DNA of 64,000 nt from a virus. Both the position numbers and the translations under genes were made by a program. The notes below the pieces were generated by a model. It made no database searches, had not been told where the DNA came from, and saw nothing but the letters and a program-made list of their open reading frames with translations. The DNA is taken from IMG/VR virus record IMGVR_UViG_3300015050_001142, positions 1 to 64,000 of that record; one strand, 5' to 3'. This document shows positions 26,499-36,783 of this stretch, piece by piece; the first letter of the stretch is position 1, and each line of letters starts with the position of its first letter.

Positions 26499-27213
26499 AG
26501 TTATTGGTTACATACCGTTGATGTACGGTAAAGAATATCTTGATGCTTGTATTAGATCAATGGCACCATTCGTTGAAGTAATTCATATCTTCTATGTGAG
26601 TGAGCCATCACAAGGACACGCAGCTTCAGTACCATGCCCTGAATCAGAGCAGGAGTTACATGATATAGCTATTGCTGCTTCCGATAAAGTAGTATGGCAT
26701 AAATGTGCATTCGGTACTGAAGGAGAACACCGTGCAGAGATCTATAAGTATTCAGAAGGATATGACCTGGTACTCTCCCTGGATGCTGATGAAGTTCTTG
26801 ACCCAGAATTTGCAGAAGCAGCTTTACTTGATGCATTTAATGGTGATCGCAGATATTATGGTAGTTCAAGCTTCGTTAATTTCTGGCGTTCATTTAATGA
26901 GGTGTGTTATGATGGATTTCTCCCGGTACGTGTAATTAATTTACACAACGATAGTCCCTACACCGGAGCATTAGCTTTACCAATTTATCACTTCTCATGT
27001 GCTCAATCAGAAACAATCATTCGATACAAATGGGAAGTATCTGGCCATAAGGATGAACTTCGTCCAGGCTGGGTAGATAACATTCTATACGGTACCAGTA
27101 AGATTGATGTTCATCCTGTATCGCTTGGATTATGGAATGTATCACCGTTTAATCGGCATTCGCTTCCTGATATTCTTCAATTCCATCCAAACTTTAATAA
27201 AGAATCAATATGA
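26479..27213 (+). CDS. GT2-like glycosyltransferase
   Basis: EYLDACIRS; LSLDADEV (DxD motif). Confidence 0.75.
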   Translation: MKNTKPKVIGYIPLMYGKEYLDACIRSMAPFVEVIHIFYVSEPSQGHAASVPCPESEQELHDIAIAASDKVVWHKCAFGTEGEHRAEIYKYSEGYDLVLSLDADEVLDPEFAEAALLDAFNGDRRYYGSSSFVNFWRSFNEVCYDGFLPVRVINLHNDSPYTGALALPIYHFSCAQSETIIRYKWEVSGHKDELRPGWVDNILYGTSKIDVHPVSLGLWNVSPFNRHSLPDILQFHPNFNKESI

Positions 27214-27479
27214 TTAAACCAATTAGTATTCCAATCTTCCATCACACAGATCAAACAGCTAATCTTGAAGAAATGGGATTAGATGATAAAACATCTTTAG
27301 AAGATTGTGAAGAGCGTGATATGACATTCTATAATATCGATGCTACAGATTATTATCTTGAGAACGATATTAAGTATGGGTCTATTATCTGTGCTGGACA
27401 AGTATTTATTTCTCCTTGGGCAAAAGAACGTATTGATGATTTAATATTATTAATTAATTACACAAATATTCAATCATGA
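27210..27479 (+). CDS. hypothetical protein
   Basis: ATGA-coupled ORF inside the cassette. Confidence 0.6.
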   Translation: MIKPISIPIFHHTDQTANLEEMGLDDKTSLEDCEERDMTFYNIDATDYYLENDIKYGSIICAGQVFISPWAKERIDDLILLINYTNIQS

Positions 27480-28102
27480 AAAGAGGAATGGTTATAGTTG
27501 AGACACGTATCATACCTAATTTCAAAGAGGTACTAATGAACCATGTTAAGTACACTGGTTGGCCGTTAATGATTTGGCATAGTACTGCTAATGAAGCTTA
27601 TGTAAAACAATGCAGTAAGTATCTTAGCGTTGAAGTAACATTTGAAAATGTTGATCGTTGGTTCGATGATGGAATGCATGAATCAAATTATAATAAGCTA
27701 CTTACCGGTTATAATTTTTGGAATCAATTACCTTGGGATAAAGTATTAATATTCCAAAATGATTCATGGTTACTTCGTCCAGGTATTGAACAATATATGC
27801 AATATGATTTTATTGGCGCTCCTTTATATCATATTGACTTCCCTGCAATGAATGGTGGATTATCATTACGCGATCGTAGGGCAATGCTTGAGATAATTAA
27901 GAGTACTCCATATAATTCAAATGTTGGTAATGAAGATATTTATTTCTCAACCCGATGTAAAGAACAAAATTTACCAACATATGAAATAGCAACTACTTTC
28001 TCTGTAGAAACATGTTGGGGTTGGGGAAACTTTGGAGTTCACGCACTTGATAAATGGAAATCACCTGACGAATGTAAACTCATTTTAAATCAATACAAGT
28101 AA
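27476..28102 (+). CDS. DUF5672-like putative glycosyltransferase
   Basis: LIFQND, YDFIGAP, NGGLSLR, EDIYF. Confidence 0.8.
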   Translation: MKRGMVIVETRIIPNFKEVLMNHVKYTGWPLMIWHSTANEAYVKQCSKYLSVEVTFENVDRWFDDGMHESNYNKLLTGYNFWNQLPWDKVLIFQNDSWLLRPGIEQYMQYDFIGAPLYHIDFPAMNGGLSLRDRRAMLEIIKSTPYNSNVGNEDIYFSTRCKEQNLPTYEIATTFSVETCWGWGNFGVHALDKWKSPDECKLILNQYK

Positions 28103-28602
28103 TGGGACAGATGATTACTGGAGAATACACTTATGGTAATCCATCTCGCAGAGGAGAAGGAAATAATATTACTATAGGTAAGTTCTGTTCATTTGCACTG
28201 GGTGTAGTATTTGATTCAGGATTCAATCACAATTCATCATTCATATCTACTTACCCATTCCACACATTCAAATCTGAATTGCAAAGTAATATCGTTATTA
28301 AAGGTGATACTGTTGTTGGCAATGATGTGTGGGTTGGTGAACAGGCGATGATAATGAGTGGAGTTACGATTGGCGATGGTGCTGTAATTGGTATGCGTGC
28401 AATCATATCTAAAGATGTTAAACCTTATGAGATTGTTGTTGGCGCTCCGCAGAAAGTATTGCGTAAACGATTCACTGAAGAGCAGATTGAACAATTACTT
28501 TTAATCAAATGGTGGAATTGGTCTATTGAGAAGATATTGGAAAACACACACTTAATACAGAGTGATAATATAACCGAGTTTATTAACCTTCATAAAATAT
28601 AA
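28102..28602 (+). CDS. CatB/Vat-related hexapeptide O-acetyltransferase
   Basis: IGKFCSFA, ISTYPF, VGNDVWVG, SGVTIGDGAVIG, IKWWNW. Confidence 0.9.
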   Translation: MGQMITGEYTYGNPSRRGEGNNITIGKFCSFALGVVFDSGFNHNSSFISTYPFHTFKSELQSNIVIKGDTVVGNDVWVGEQAMIMSGVTIGDGAVIGMRAIISKDVKPYEIVVGAPQKVLRKRFTEEQIEQLLLIKWWNWSIEKILENTHLIQSDNITEFINLHKI

Positions 28603-28604
28603 TC

Positions 28605-29192
28605 ATGGAAACAAGAATTGAGCAAGAATTTAAATTACGTATTCAAACACCATCAGACATTAATGAATTACTTCCAGATCTTGCAAGTGCTGCAATTACG
28701 TGCCAGCACATTACAGAAATGGGAGTACGTAATCCCACAAGTACTTATGCATTTCTAAGAGGGTTGGAAGTACAGAAAGGATCTAAGAAACTTATTAGTT
28801 ACGACATTGGCCGGTACCCTGAAGTAGATTTAGTTGAACAGTTAGCAAGAGAAGCTAGTATTGATTTCACATTCATTCTTCAGGATGTGCTTGTTGCTGA
28901 TATTGAAGAAACAGATTTCTTATTCATAGATACATTCCATACTGCAACTCAACTTGAGAAAGAATTGGCATTACATGCTGGTAAAGTAAGAAAGTACATT
29001 GGCTTCCATGACACGACTACCTTCTGGGAGAATGGAGAACCATCATATGAATCAGTACAAGATAAGGGTACTAATTGCGGAAGAGGATTAAAATATGCGC
29101 TTGAACCTTTTCTGGAATCTCACCCGGAGTGGAAAATTGTACTACGCCGCGAATACAATAATGGTTTAACTATAATCGAAAGACAATCATGA
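28605..29192 (+). CDS. class I SAM-dependent methyltransferase (Methyltransf_24-like)
   Basis: EMGVR, DFLFIDTFH, YIGFHDT, NNGLTII. Confidence 0.8.
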   Translation: METRIEQEFKLRIQTPSDINELLPDLASAAITCQHITEMGVRNPTSTYAFLRGLEVQKGSKKLISYDIGRYPEVDLVEQLAREASIDFTFILQDVLVADIEETDFLFIDTFHTATQLEKELALHAGKVRKYIGFHDTTTFWENGEPSYESVQDKGTNCGRGLKYALEPFLESHPEWKIVLRREYNNGLTIIERQS

Positions 29193-29878
29193 AAATACTT
29201 GTAGGAATTCCTGTAATCACGGGAGCTGATCATTGCCGTAAAGCATTTGATTCAGTACTCAATCAAGAGAATATTGAATTACTCATCATTGATAATAACG
29301 CTGAACCGAAAGTGAAAGCATTGATTGCTGAGTACAAGGATAGATATAATGTTCATGTAACTGTTAATCCAAAGAACATTTACGTTAATGCTGCTTGGAA
29401 TCAGATCATGAATTACTTTTTGTGGTATAGTGATTGTAATTATCTTGTAATCATGAATTCTGATTTAATAATGCAGAATCAATGGGCAGAGATTTGTCGT
29501 AATAGATGGACTATTAATCCTGATGAGATAATTTTACCGGTGATACTTGAACACATTGAATTGTTTGATACAATTGCAACAAGTGTATTAGAGCCTGTTG
29601 TCGCTTACGCAGGTACACCGGGAGTATTTATTACATTAAATAGAAATCAGGCCAAGTTTGTTAATCCAATAAATAGGGAGTTAAAGATTTGGTTTGGTGA
29701 TAATTGGATCTTCGATACTCTACGTAGAAAAGGGTACCTTACTGTTATACCGAATAATCTTCAGGCTAAACATGCATGGAGTAGTACGATTAACCGGGTA
29801 CCTGAAGCTCATGAGATTATCGAACAGGATAAAATTGCTTGGGAGAAAATCAAACATTTAGTTTATGGAGAAGTATAA
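29189..29878 (+). CDS. GT2 family glycosyltransferase
   Basis: ILVGIPV, LIIDNN, NAAWNQ, MNSDL, WFGDNW. Confidence 0.8.
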   Translation: MKILVGIPVITGADHCRKAFDSVLNQENIELLIIDNNAEPKVKALIAEYKDRYNVHVTVNPKNIYVNAAWNQIMNYFLWYSDCNYLVIMNSDLIMQNQWAEICRNRWTINPDEIILPVILEHIELFDTIATSVLEPVVAYAGTPGVFITLNRNQAKFVNPINRELKIWFGDNWIFDTLRRKGYLTVIPNNLQAKHAWSSTINRVPEAHEIIEQDKIAWEKIKHLVYGEV

Positions 29879-30215
29879 AACTTCAGTCAAAGATATTCCT
29901 GAGTGTAATCAGAAACTAATTCATGAAGTAGCGAAGATGAATAAGGTTTCTCCTGCAAAAGCGAAAGATATTATGGATTTCGTTGGTACCTATATTGGTA
30001 ATGTTATCAAAAAAGGTCAGATGGAAACAGTAATGATTCCTAACTTTGGTAAATTCAAACCGAAACAGAGTTTATTGAAAGCATTACATTATTCAAAGAT
30101 CAATCAACCAATTCAAACAACGATATTCAAAATTCTTAAAGGTAAGAATGTAAAACTGGAGAACAATGACATTATTCGAGATAGACCAGGAGACGAACCT
30201 GGTGAAAATAAATAA
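29865..30215 (+). CDS. HU/IHF-like DNA-binding protein
   Basis: LIHEVAK...V.IPNFGKFKP. Confidence 0.7.
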   Translation: MEKYKTSVKDIPECNQKLIHEVAKMNKVSPAKAKDIMDFVGTYIGNVIKKGQMETVMIPNFGKFKPKQSLLKALHYSKINQPIQTTIFKILKGKNVKLENNDIIRDRPGDEPGENK

Positions 30216-30936
30216 ACCCTGGATTGGATTACATCCTGTTCTCAATGATTTGATCAAACGGGATAAGGGTGAACCACGTAAAGAAGCTGGTAAATCTATC
30301 CGGTTGCATCTTCGTGCGCGCAGAGAATTTACATTCATTTACTTTTATACTGATTTCGGTTCTCCACTATATGATTATGAAGATGATGAACGATTAAAAG
30401 AATCTCTTACTTATGCTGATCTTGAGGAAAAAGATTTGGATAAAGCTGTGTGGGCCGCGAATGCTGCATATGAAAGTTTAATGGTTAAAGCAGCGCGATC
30501 ACTACGTACATATAAAGCTCTTTGTAAGATGCTCAATGAAATGGATAGGTACATTGAAAATCTTGATATGACCAAGCTTACAAAAACTGGTGAGTTACAG
30601 AACAGCCCTGATCGTATTGCTAATCTGGTGGCTAAGATGGATAGTATGCATACAGCTGTTGAGAACTTCCGTAAGCGTGTAGATAATGAGTTGAAACAAC
30701 AAGGATCTATTCGTGGTGCAGCTACTCTTGGAGATAATGAGACAAAAGCTACACAACAATGGTCAGAAGCGGAGATTGCAGCAGGCTCACAGAAAGCAGC
30801 CGATGGTTCTAGTACCGCAGATATTAACAGCGGTAGAAGCATGGATCATTTGAGTAAACACTTACAAGATATTCCAATGGTTAATCTTGATGATGTATTA
30901 GGTGATGAGGAACCAGAAGAAGAAACAGAAAATTAA
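30166..30936 (+). CDS. protein upstream of terminase (possible small terminase subunit)
   Basis: L..RDK...A..EF.FIYF..D..SP pattern; position directly before TerL. Confidence 0.55.
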   Translation: MTLFEIDQETNLVKINKPWIGLHPVLNDLIKRDKGEPRKEAGKSIRLHLRARREFTFIYFYTDFGSPLYDYEDDERLKESLTYADLEEKDLDKAVWAANAAYESLMVKAARSLRTYKALCKMLNEMDRYIENLDMTKLTKTGELQNSPDRIANLVAKMDSMHTAVENFRKRVDNELKQQGSIRGAATLGDNETKATQQWSEAEIAAGSQKAADGSSTADINSGRSMDHLSKHLQDIPMVNLDDVLGDEEPEEETEN

Positions 30937-30957
30937 AGTCAACACCAAACAGAAAAG

Positions 30958-30986
30958 ATGCCGGGTAGAGATATCCGGCATTCTTA
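30958..30986 (+). terminator. terminator-like hairpin
   Basis: ATGCCGG-N10-CCGGCAT followed by TCTT. Confidence 0.45.
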
Positions 30987-30999
30987 TTAACTTACACTC

Positions 31000-33102
31000 A
31001 TGGCATTTCATAATTTAGTTAATACAAGATTATTCTCTGAAGCAGCAACAGATTGGAAATCTAATGGTGGAAGATATACGATGGCACCAAAAGGTTCTCG
31101 TGATTATTTTCAGTATTGGGAAGAACAGGAGAAGCGATGTAAGTTCGGATATAGTGTTGGTGATTTGTGGATACCCGGTCGGATGTATTTCTGGCTGAAT
31201 TTCTTTCCAATGTCAAGGGTACCAGATTCTGTATTGATGAAAGCACTTGATGAACGCAGAGATAAACGAGGTAAATTATCTGTAACTACTGCTGAGAAAA
31301 TAATATCATTTCCCGCATTCTGGGAAATCCACTATGAATGGTGGAGATTCAAACATATTTCCTGGTACGGCGGTGAATTCATGGGAATTAAATCAGATGG
31401 TGGTAAGCATCTTGGTTGTTTAAAAACCCGTGGTGCCGGTTTCTCTTATCTTGAAGCTTGTGATGGTGTATATAATTACAACTTCATTCCCGGTAGCAAA
31501 TCTTATTATTTTGCTGGCGCTGAACCATTCTTAGTTGGTGATGCGATTATGGATAAGGTACAAACAGCTCTTGACTGGATCAATGAATATTCTTCTTACT
31601 GGAAACAGAATAGGCAGAAGAAGTTCTCACTCATGCACCAGAAAGGTTCTTACATCGATGAATTCGGTGTTGAGCGCGGGAAAATGCCTGAGATCATTGC
31701 ACAGATCGTTGATAAACCTTCAAAGACTCGTGGTAAGCGTGGAAGAAAAGCTTCATTTGAAGAAGCAGGCTCATTTCCTAATCTGGAAGCAGCTCTTGAA
31801 GTATCGATGGGTTCTATGCGTGAAGGTTCTGTATATGTGGGCCAGATCTCAGTATTCGGTACCGGTGGTGAAGTTGGACCAGGTATTCAAGGTTTGGAGA
31901 ATATCTTTAATTCGCCTGAATCCTGGGATATGCTTGCGTTTCCTAATATTTGGGATGAAGGTATGTACGGAACTCAATGTGGATACTTTGTACCATGTTG
32001 GAGAGCTAACTCCTGGTTCATGGATGAAGATGGTAATGTTGATATGGAATCAGCTATTGCTGCAGATGATCGGGAACGGGAGAAAAAGAAAAAATCTGGC
32101 CGGCCGAAGGATTTGGATAGAAGAAAGGCTGAGTACCCACGAACTCCGGCCGAAGCACTGCAGCGTATTAGTGATAATGGATTCAATATCGCGGAGATTG
32201 ACGCACAGATATCCCGGATATTAACCAATAAATCTATCCAGGCTATGATCCGCCACGGTAAGTTGATTACCTCAACAACTGGTACTGGCGGAATTGACTT
32301 TGTACCGCAATCAAAAGCTGTAGCTAAACCTATTGAAGACTTCCCACATAAGAAAGGTGATGATTTAACTGGCTGTTTCTCTATTATTGAACGACCATTT
32401 ACTGATCAGAATGGATTGGTACCCAAAGGAATGTATGTGATCAGCGTGGATAGTTATTCAAAAGAAGAATCCGAGGATGTAACATCGCTGTTCTCATTTA
32501 AAGTGTGGAAACAGGAGAATACTATTGATCCGGCATATGCTGGATTACCGGTAGCCTGGTACGCGGGCCGACCAAAACGATTAGATGATAACCATGACAT
32601 ATTATTCAATGCATCTCAATACTTTAACGCTGATATACAAGGTGAAATAGCCGGCGGTGGCCAGATGATCGTCAATTATGCCCGTACCCATAAACTCATG
32701 CACCGGTTAAAGCATGAGCCGGATATGATTCACAATAAAGAATTGGCAAGTAAATCTGCAGGTAATTCTTATTTGATGAATATGTCAACTGAGCGTAAGG
32801 AAGTAGGACTTACCTATCTGGAAGATTGGCATGTACAGCCACGCGGATTAGACGACAAGGGTAATAAGGTACTGAATGTTCATAGGATCTATGATATTGC
32901 CTGGTTGAGAGAAATGAAGAAACATCACTCAAAATTAAACTGCGATCGTATCTCTGATGCGATTATTGCTATGTACGAATTAAAGGAAAGAATGGCTATT
33001 CTGGTACAGGCCAGAGCTGAAACCAGAGGCTTTTACTCAAATAAACGGGTATTATATGGTGGATCAGCTATGAATACTGGTGGCCGTACTACCGCATATT
33101 AA
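31000..33102 (+). CDS. terL: terminase large subunit
   Basis: LKTRGAGFSY Walker A-like motif, FEEAGSF Walker B, FGTGG, nuclease-domain ISVDSY and DRISD; crAss-type. Confidence 0.92.
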   Translation: MAFHNLVNTRLFSEAATDWKSNGGRYTMAPKGSRDYFQYWEEQEKRCKFGYSVGDLWIPGRMYFWLNFFPMSRVPDSVLMKALDERRDKRGKLSVTTAEKIISFPAFWEIHYEWWRFKHISWYGGEFMGIKSDGGKHLGCLKTRGAGFSYLEACDGVYNYNFIPGSKSYYFAGAEPFLVGDAIMDKVQTALDWINEYSSYWKQNRQKKFSLMHQKGSYIDEFGVERGKMPEIIAQIVDKPSKTRGKRGRKASFEEAGSFPNLEAALEVSMGSMREGSVYVGQISVFGTGGEVGPGIQGLENIFNSPESWDMLAFPNIWDEGMYGTQCGYFVPCWRANSWFMDEDGNVDMESAIAADDREREKKKKSGRPKDLDRRKAEYPRTPAEALQRISDNGFNIAEIDAQISRILTNKSIQAMIRHGKLITSTTGTGGIDFVPQSKAVAKPIEDFPHKKGDDLTGCFSIIERPFTDQNGLVPKGMYVISVDSYSKEESEDVTSLFSFKVWKQENTIDPAYAGLPVAWYAGRPKRLDDNHDILFNASQYFNADIQGEIAGGGQMIVNYARTHKLMHRLKHEPDMIHNKELASKSAGNSYLMNMSTERKEVGLTYLEDWHVQPRGLDDKGNKVLNVHRIYDIAWLREMKKHHSKLNCDRISDAIIAMYELKERMAILVQARAETRGFYSNKRVLYGGSAMNTGGRTTAY

Positions 33103-33104
33103 TC

Positions 33105-33112
33105 TATATTTG
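33105..33112 (+). promoter_or_regulatory. TAnnTTTG -7 element upstream of portal
   Basis: TATATTTG in the 28 nt intergenic gap. Confidence 0.5.
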
Positions 33113-33130
33113 TACATAAACTGAATTCTT

Positions 33131-35569
33131 ATGTCAAGAGAAACTGTTATAAATAATCGGGTTACATCCACTGGGAAACCCTTACAGGTAATCCCTTACA
33201 CTGAGAAAACACCGGACTGGTATAAGAATAATGTAGATTATTATATCATGCGATCGAACTTTAACTTCGGATCGAAAGATAATACTGGCCGCAAAGATTT
33301 ACGGGTACTTTATGAGGTTTACAACAACCAGTTTCCTCTTGATTGGTTTGCACACGTAACTGATCCTCTATCAGCTAAAGTTGAAGCACACAAAGCATTT
33401 CCAGCTAAAATAAGACCGGTAACTATTCTGCGTACAAATATTGATCTATTGTTGGGAGAATGGCCTCGCCGTCCATATGTATACAACGTAGAGAATCTTG
33501 GAGAAGGTGGATATAATAATTACATGGCCGCACTTGAAGAACAGTTGAAAACTAATATTACTCAACACTTTGTACAGGCAGCATTACAATCAGCCAAAGA
33601 ATCTGGGCAACAAATAACTCCAGAACAGGAACAGCAATTACAACAGAATCCACCTACCCCTGAAAAGATAAAAGAACAATTCCAACAAACATATAAAGAT
33701 GCTGTAGCAGTTAAAGGGCAGAAGTTTCTACGTAAGATGATCCGTGAGAAAGAGATTAAACAGAAGCAACATCAAATGTTTAAAGACTGGAATATTGCTG
33801 GTCAAGCTTATTCTTTTAAAGGTGTGATGAATGACGACCTGGTTTATCGCCGGGTTTCTCCATTATGTATTGATTACGATAAATCAGAGACTGAGAAACT
33901 TATTGAGAATGGGGAATGGGTAGTTAATCGTGAACTCTATGTTGTGAGCGATGTGGTTAATATGTTTTGGCAAGTATTAAATAAACAGAATCAAATTGAT
34001 ATTGATAACCGTCTTCCATTCGCTACAGCAGCGGGATTTTATTCAGCATTGAATGGTTTATATACTGATGAGAATGCGCGTAATAAAGTACCTGTTTACC
34101 ACGTACAATGGAAGGGTAGACGTAAGGTATTATTTTTGTCTTACCTCGATCCTGAAACATTTCAGTACGTTGAAGATGTAAAAGTTGATGAAGCTTATAT
34201 TCCTGATAAATCCCGTGGTGAAGTTGTTGAAGAACGTTGGGTAGATGAAGTTTATGAAGGTCATAGAATTGGCGATCAGGCTAATGCTATTTATGTAAAT
34301 CTTCAACCTGCAGCAGTACAGCGTGCACCAATGAATAATATGTCTGCGTGTAAGCTGAATTACAATGGACGTAAGTATTCTGATACCCATGCTGAGAATC
34401 TGTCGGTACTGGAGATGGGTATTCCTTTTCAGATCATGTACATCATTATCACGTACATCTTAGAGAAAACAATTGCCAAGAGTAAGGGTAAGATATTAAT
34501 GATTGATCAGAATGCTATTCCAAATGAAGGCGAATGGGATGATGAGAAATTCTTCTATTATTCTGAAGCACTTGGATATGCATTGCTTAATCGTAATCAG
34601 GTTGGCGTAGATAAGAGCTGGAACCAGTACCAGGTACTTGATATGAGCTTGTTTGATTCAATTCAACAGCTAATAGAATTACAAGCGCATACTAAACAGG
34701 AATGGGATGATTTGATTGGTATCAGCCGTCAGCGTAAAGGACAAACTTATTCCAGTGATGGTCAAGGTGTAAACGAACGTGCAGTATTCCAATCAACTGT
34801 AATTACTGATATGATCTTTATTGGCTTTGAAGAGTTTGTACAAAGTGAATTGCAAGGTATAATGGATTATGGTAAATTCCTTACAGCTAAAGGGCATAAA
34901 TCTATTTACAATGATGATGAATTTGGTACCATGTTGATGGAGATATTTCCAGAAGATTTTATTAATGAAGATCTAGGAGTATTTGTAGATAGTAGTTCTG
35001 AACATATTCATAAATTACAGCAGATGCAGGGATTGGCCCAGGCAATGGTACAGAACAATGCACGTATCTCTACTGTATTGGAAGTAATGGATGCAATTAA
35101 TGTGGCTGATCTTAAAGCTAAGATAAGGCGTATTGAAGAGATTGAAGATCAAATAGCAGCTTCACAAGGACAATCAGAACAGGAAGCTTTAGCAGCAGCC
35201 GATGAACGTAAAGAACGTTATGCTAAATATGAAAACATTCTTGATACATTATTCATGAATGATGAATATAATCGTAAAGAAGATATTGAGCATATCAAGG
35301 GTAGTTATCAATTAGAAGCAGCAGCTAAAGATGATAGTGTAAATGAAGATCCAAATGCTTCAGCTAACTTTGAGAAATTAATGCTTGAGCGTCAGAAGTT
35401 TGATGTCGATCGACAAGATAAATTAGCTGAACGGGATCGTAAAACTAAAGAATTACAATTACAGAAAACAGAACTAGAGCATAAGATGGAAACCGATCGA
35501 CAAAAATTAAAACTTGATGCTCGTAAGATAACAGTAGCAGCAAAAAAGAAAGCATCACCAACCAAGTAA
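33131..35569 (+). CDS. portal protein
   Basis: 812 aa between TerL and MCP; DLLLGE, VYHVQWK, W.DEVYEG, GISRQRKGQ resemble crAss-like portals. Confidence 0.88.
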   Translation: MSRETVINNRVTSTGKPLQVIPYTEKTPDWYKNNVDYYIMRSNFNFGSKDNTGRKDLRVLYEVYNNQFPLDWFAHVTDPLSAKVEAHKAFPAKIRPVTILRTNIDLLLGEWPRRPYVYNVENLGEGGYNNYMAALEEQLKTNITQHFVQAALQSAKESGQQITPEQEQQLQQNPPTPEKIKEQFQQTYKDAVAVKGQKFLRKMIREKEIKQKQHQMFKDWNIAGQAYSFKGVMNDDLVYRRVSPLCIDYDKSETEKLIENGEWVVNRELYVVSDVVNMFWQVLNKQNQIDIDNRLPFATAAGFYSALNGLYTDENARNKVPVYHVQWKGRRKVLFLSYLDPETFQYVEDVKVDEAYIPDKSRGEVVEERWVDEVYEGHRIGDQANAIYVNLQPAAVQRAPMNNMSACKLNYNGRKYSDTHAENLSVLEMGIPFQIMYIIITYILEKTIAKSKGKILMIDQNAIPNEGEWDDEKFFYYSEALGYALLNRNQVGVDKSWNQYQVLDMSLFDSIQQLIELQAHTKQEWDDLIGISRQRKGQTYSSDGQGVNERAVFQSTVITDMIFIGFEEFVQSELQGIMDYGKFLTAKGHKSIYNDDEFGTMLMEIFPEDFINEDLGVFVDSSSEHIHKLQQMQGLAQAMVQNNARISTVLEVMDAINVADLKAKIRRIEEIEDQIAASQGQSEQEALAAADERKERYAKYENILDTLFMNDEYNRKEDIEHIKGSYQLEAAAKDDSVNEDPNASANFEKLMLERQKFDVDRQDKLAERDRKTKELQLQKTELEHKMETDRQKLKLDARKITVAAKKKASPTK

Positions 35570-35587
35570 ACCACAAACAGTAATTAT

Positions 35588-36757
35588 ATGCAAAATTTGA
35601 TTAGACTTTTCCGCGATCCAAATCCAAATGACACGTCATTACCACCATCTCTTGTAGAATTGGAATCAGGTGTTGGTGCAGATGGTAAACCATTAATTAA
35701 ACCTTTACCGCTTGACAATCCACTACCACCAAAACCAGGTGAAGCGGGATATGTAGAACCAAAGTTTGGCGAAGAAGGTTACGTTCTTAAACCCGGTGAT
35801 GAAGGATACGAATTAAAACCGGGAGATGATGGCTACGAACCTAAACCCGGTGAAGAAGGTTATGTACCAAAAGAAGGAGAAGAAGGTTATGTAGCTCCTG
35901 AAGCCGGTACTGAACCACAATTCTGGGATGAGGTTGAAAAGATCACTGGACGTAAGGTTGAAATAACTTATCCTGATGGCATTGAAGCTGATACTCCTGA
36001 AGGTGCTGCATTCCGTGAAGAGTTTGTACGCGAAGAAGCAGCTATTGAATTTGAGAGTAAATTAGCTGAATCATCCCCTCGTGCTTATGCATTCTTTCTG
36101 CACATGGCCGCAGGTAAACCAGAAAATGAATTCTTTGGTGATACAGGTGCAAGTTTTTCGTTACCAGAACTATCAGCATTAGAAGCTTCAGTTGATCTTC
36201 AAACCAGTATGTACAAGCATGATTTAATCTCTCGTGGATTAGATGATGATGCAGCGCAAACCTTAGTGGATAAGGCTATCAAGGATAATAAGCTTAAAGA
36301 CCTTGCTGTAACTGCTTATAAGATTACTGATGCTGCACAGAAGCAGCAATTAGCGGATTTACAGAAAGAACAAGCAGCAGAAGAAACTAAATTCAATACT
36401 TCTGTACAAGCGATTTCTACCCGTATTGCAACTGCAATTAAAGAGGAACTGAGCTTTGTTGTACCTACTGCAAGAGAAGAAGAGTTTAAAACTTTTGTAG
36501 CCAATCATTTACAATATGATAAAGGCGAATTTTTCCTGGTACAGAAGGTAGCTTCTGATAAAGATTTCAAGAATCAACTGGAAAGTTTATTCTTTCAGTT
36601 CGTAAAAGGCGATTTAAGTACTGTTGTGAAAAAACAAGTAAAAACAGAAGCTGCACAGCGTCTTAAGTTAGTTGTGAAGAAGGCAGAAGCAGGTACCGGG
36701 GGTGGTCAACGTAGTGGAGATGATGGTACAAAGAATATACCTTTAGGCGATCATTAA
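35588..36757 (+). CDS. acidic scaffold-like protein with a Pro/Gly repeat
   Basis: Sits between portal and MCP; six K[PFE]G[ED]xGY units. Confidence 0.7.
   Translation: MQNLIRLFRDPNPNDTSLPPSLVELESGVGADGKPLIKPLPLDNPLPPKPGEAGYVEPKFGEEGYVLKPGDEGYELKPGDDGYEPKPGEEGYVPKEGEEGYVAPEAGTEPQFWDEVEKITGRKVEITYPDGIEADTPEGAAFREEFVREEAAIEFESKLAESSPRAYAFFLHMAAGKPENEFFGDTGASFSLPELSALEASVDLQTSMYKHDLISRGLDDDAAQTLVDKAIKDNKLKDLAVTAYKITDAAQKQQLADLQKEQAAEETKFNTSVQAISTRIATAIKEELSFVVPTAREEEFKTFVANHLQYDKGEFFLVQKVASDKDFKNQLESLFFQFVKGDLSTVVKKQVKTEAAQRLKLVVKKAEAGTGGGQRSGDDGTKNIPLGDH
35732..35896 (+). repeat. about six tandem 27-30 bp coding repeats (KPGEEGYxx)
   Basis: KPGEAGYVEP KFGEEGYVL KPGDEGYEL KPGDDGYEP KPGEEGYVP KEGEEGYVA. 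Confidence 0.85.
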
Positions 36758-36783
36758 TACTTCTAACCTAAAATCTAACCAAG

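Noticed and set aside
28102-28602. Antibiotic resistance gene (vat/catB)
   Set aside because: The fold is shared with sugar O-acetyltransferases and the gene sits inside a glycosyltransferase cassette; resistance is unsupported.
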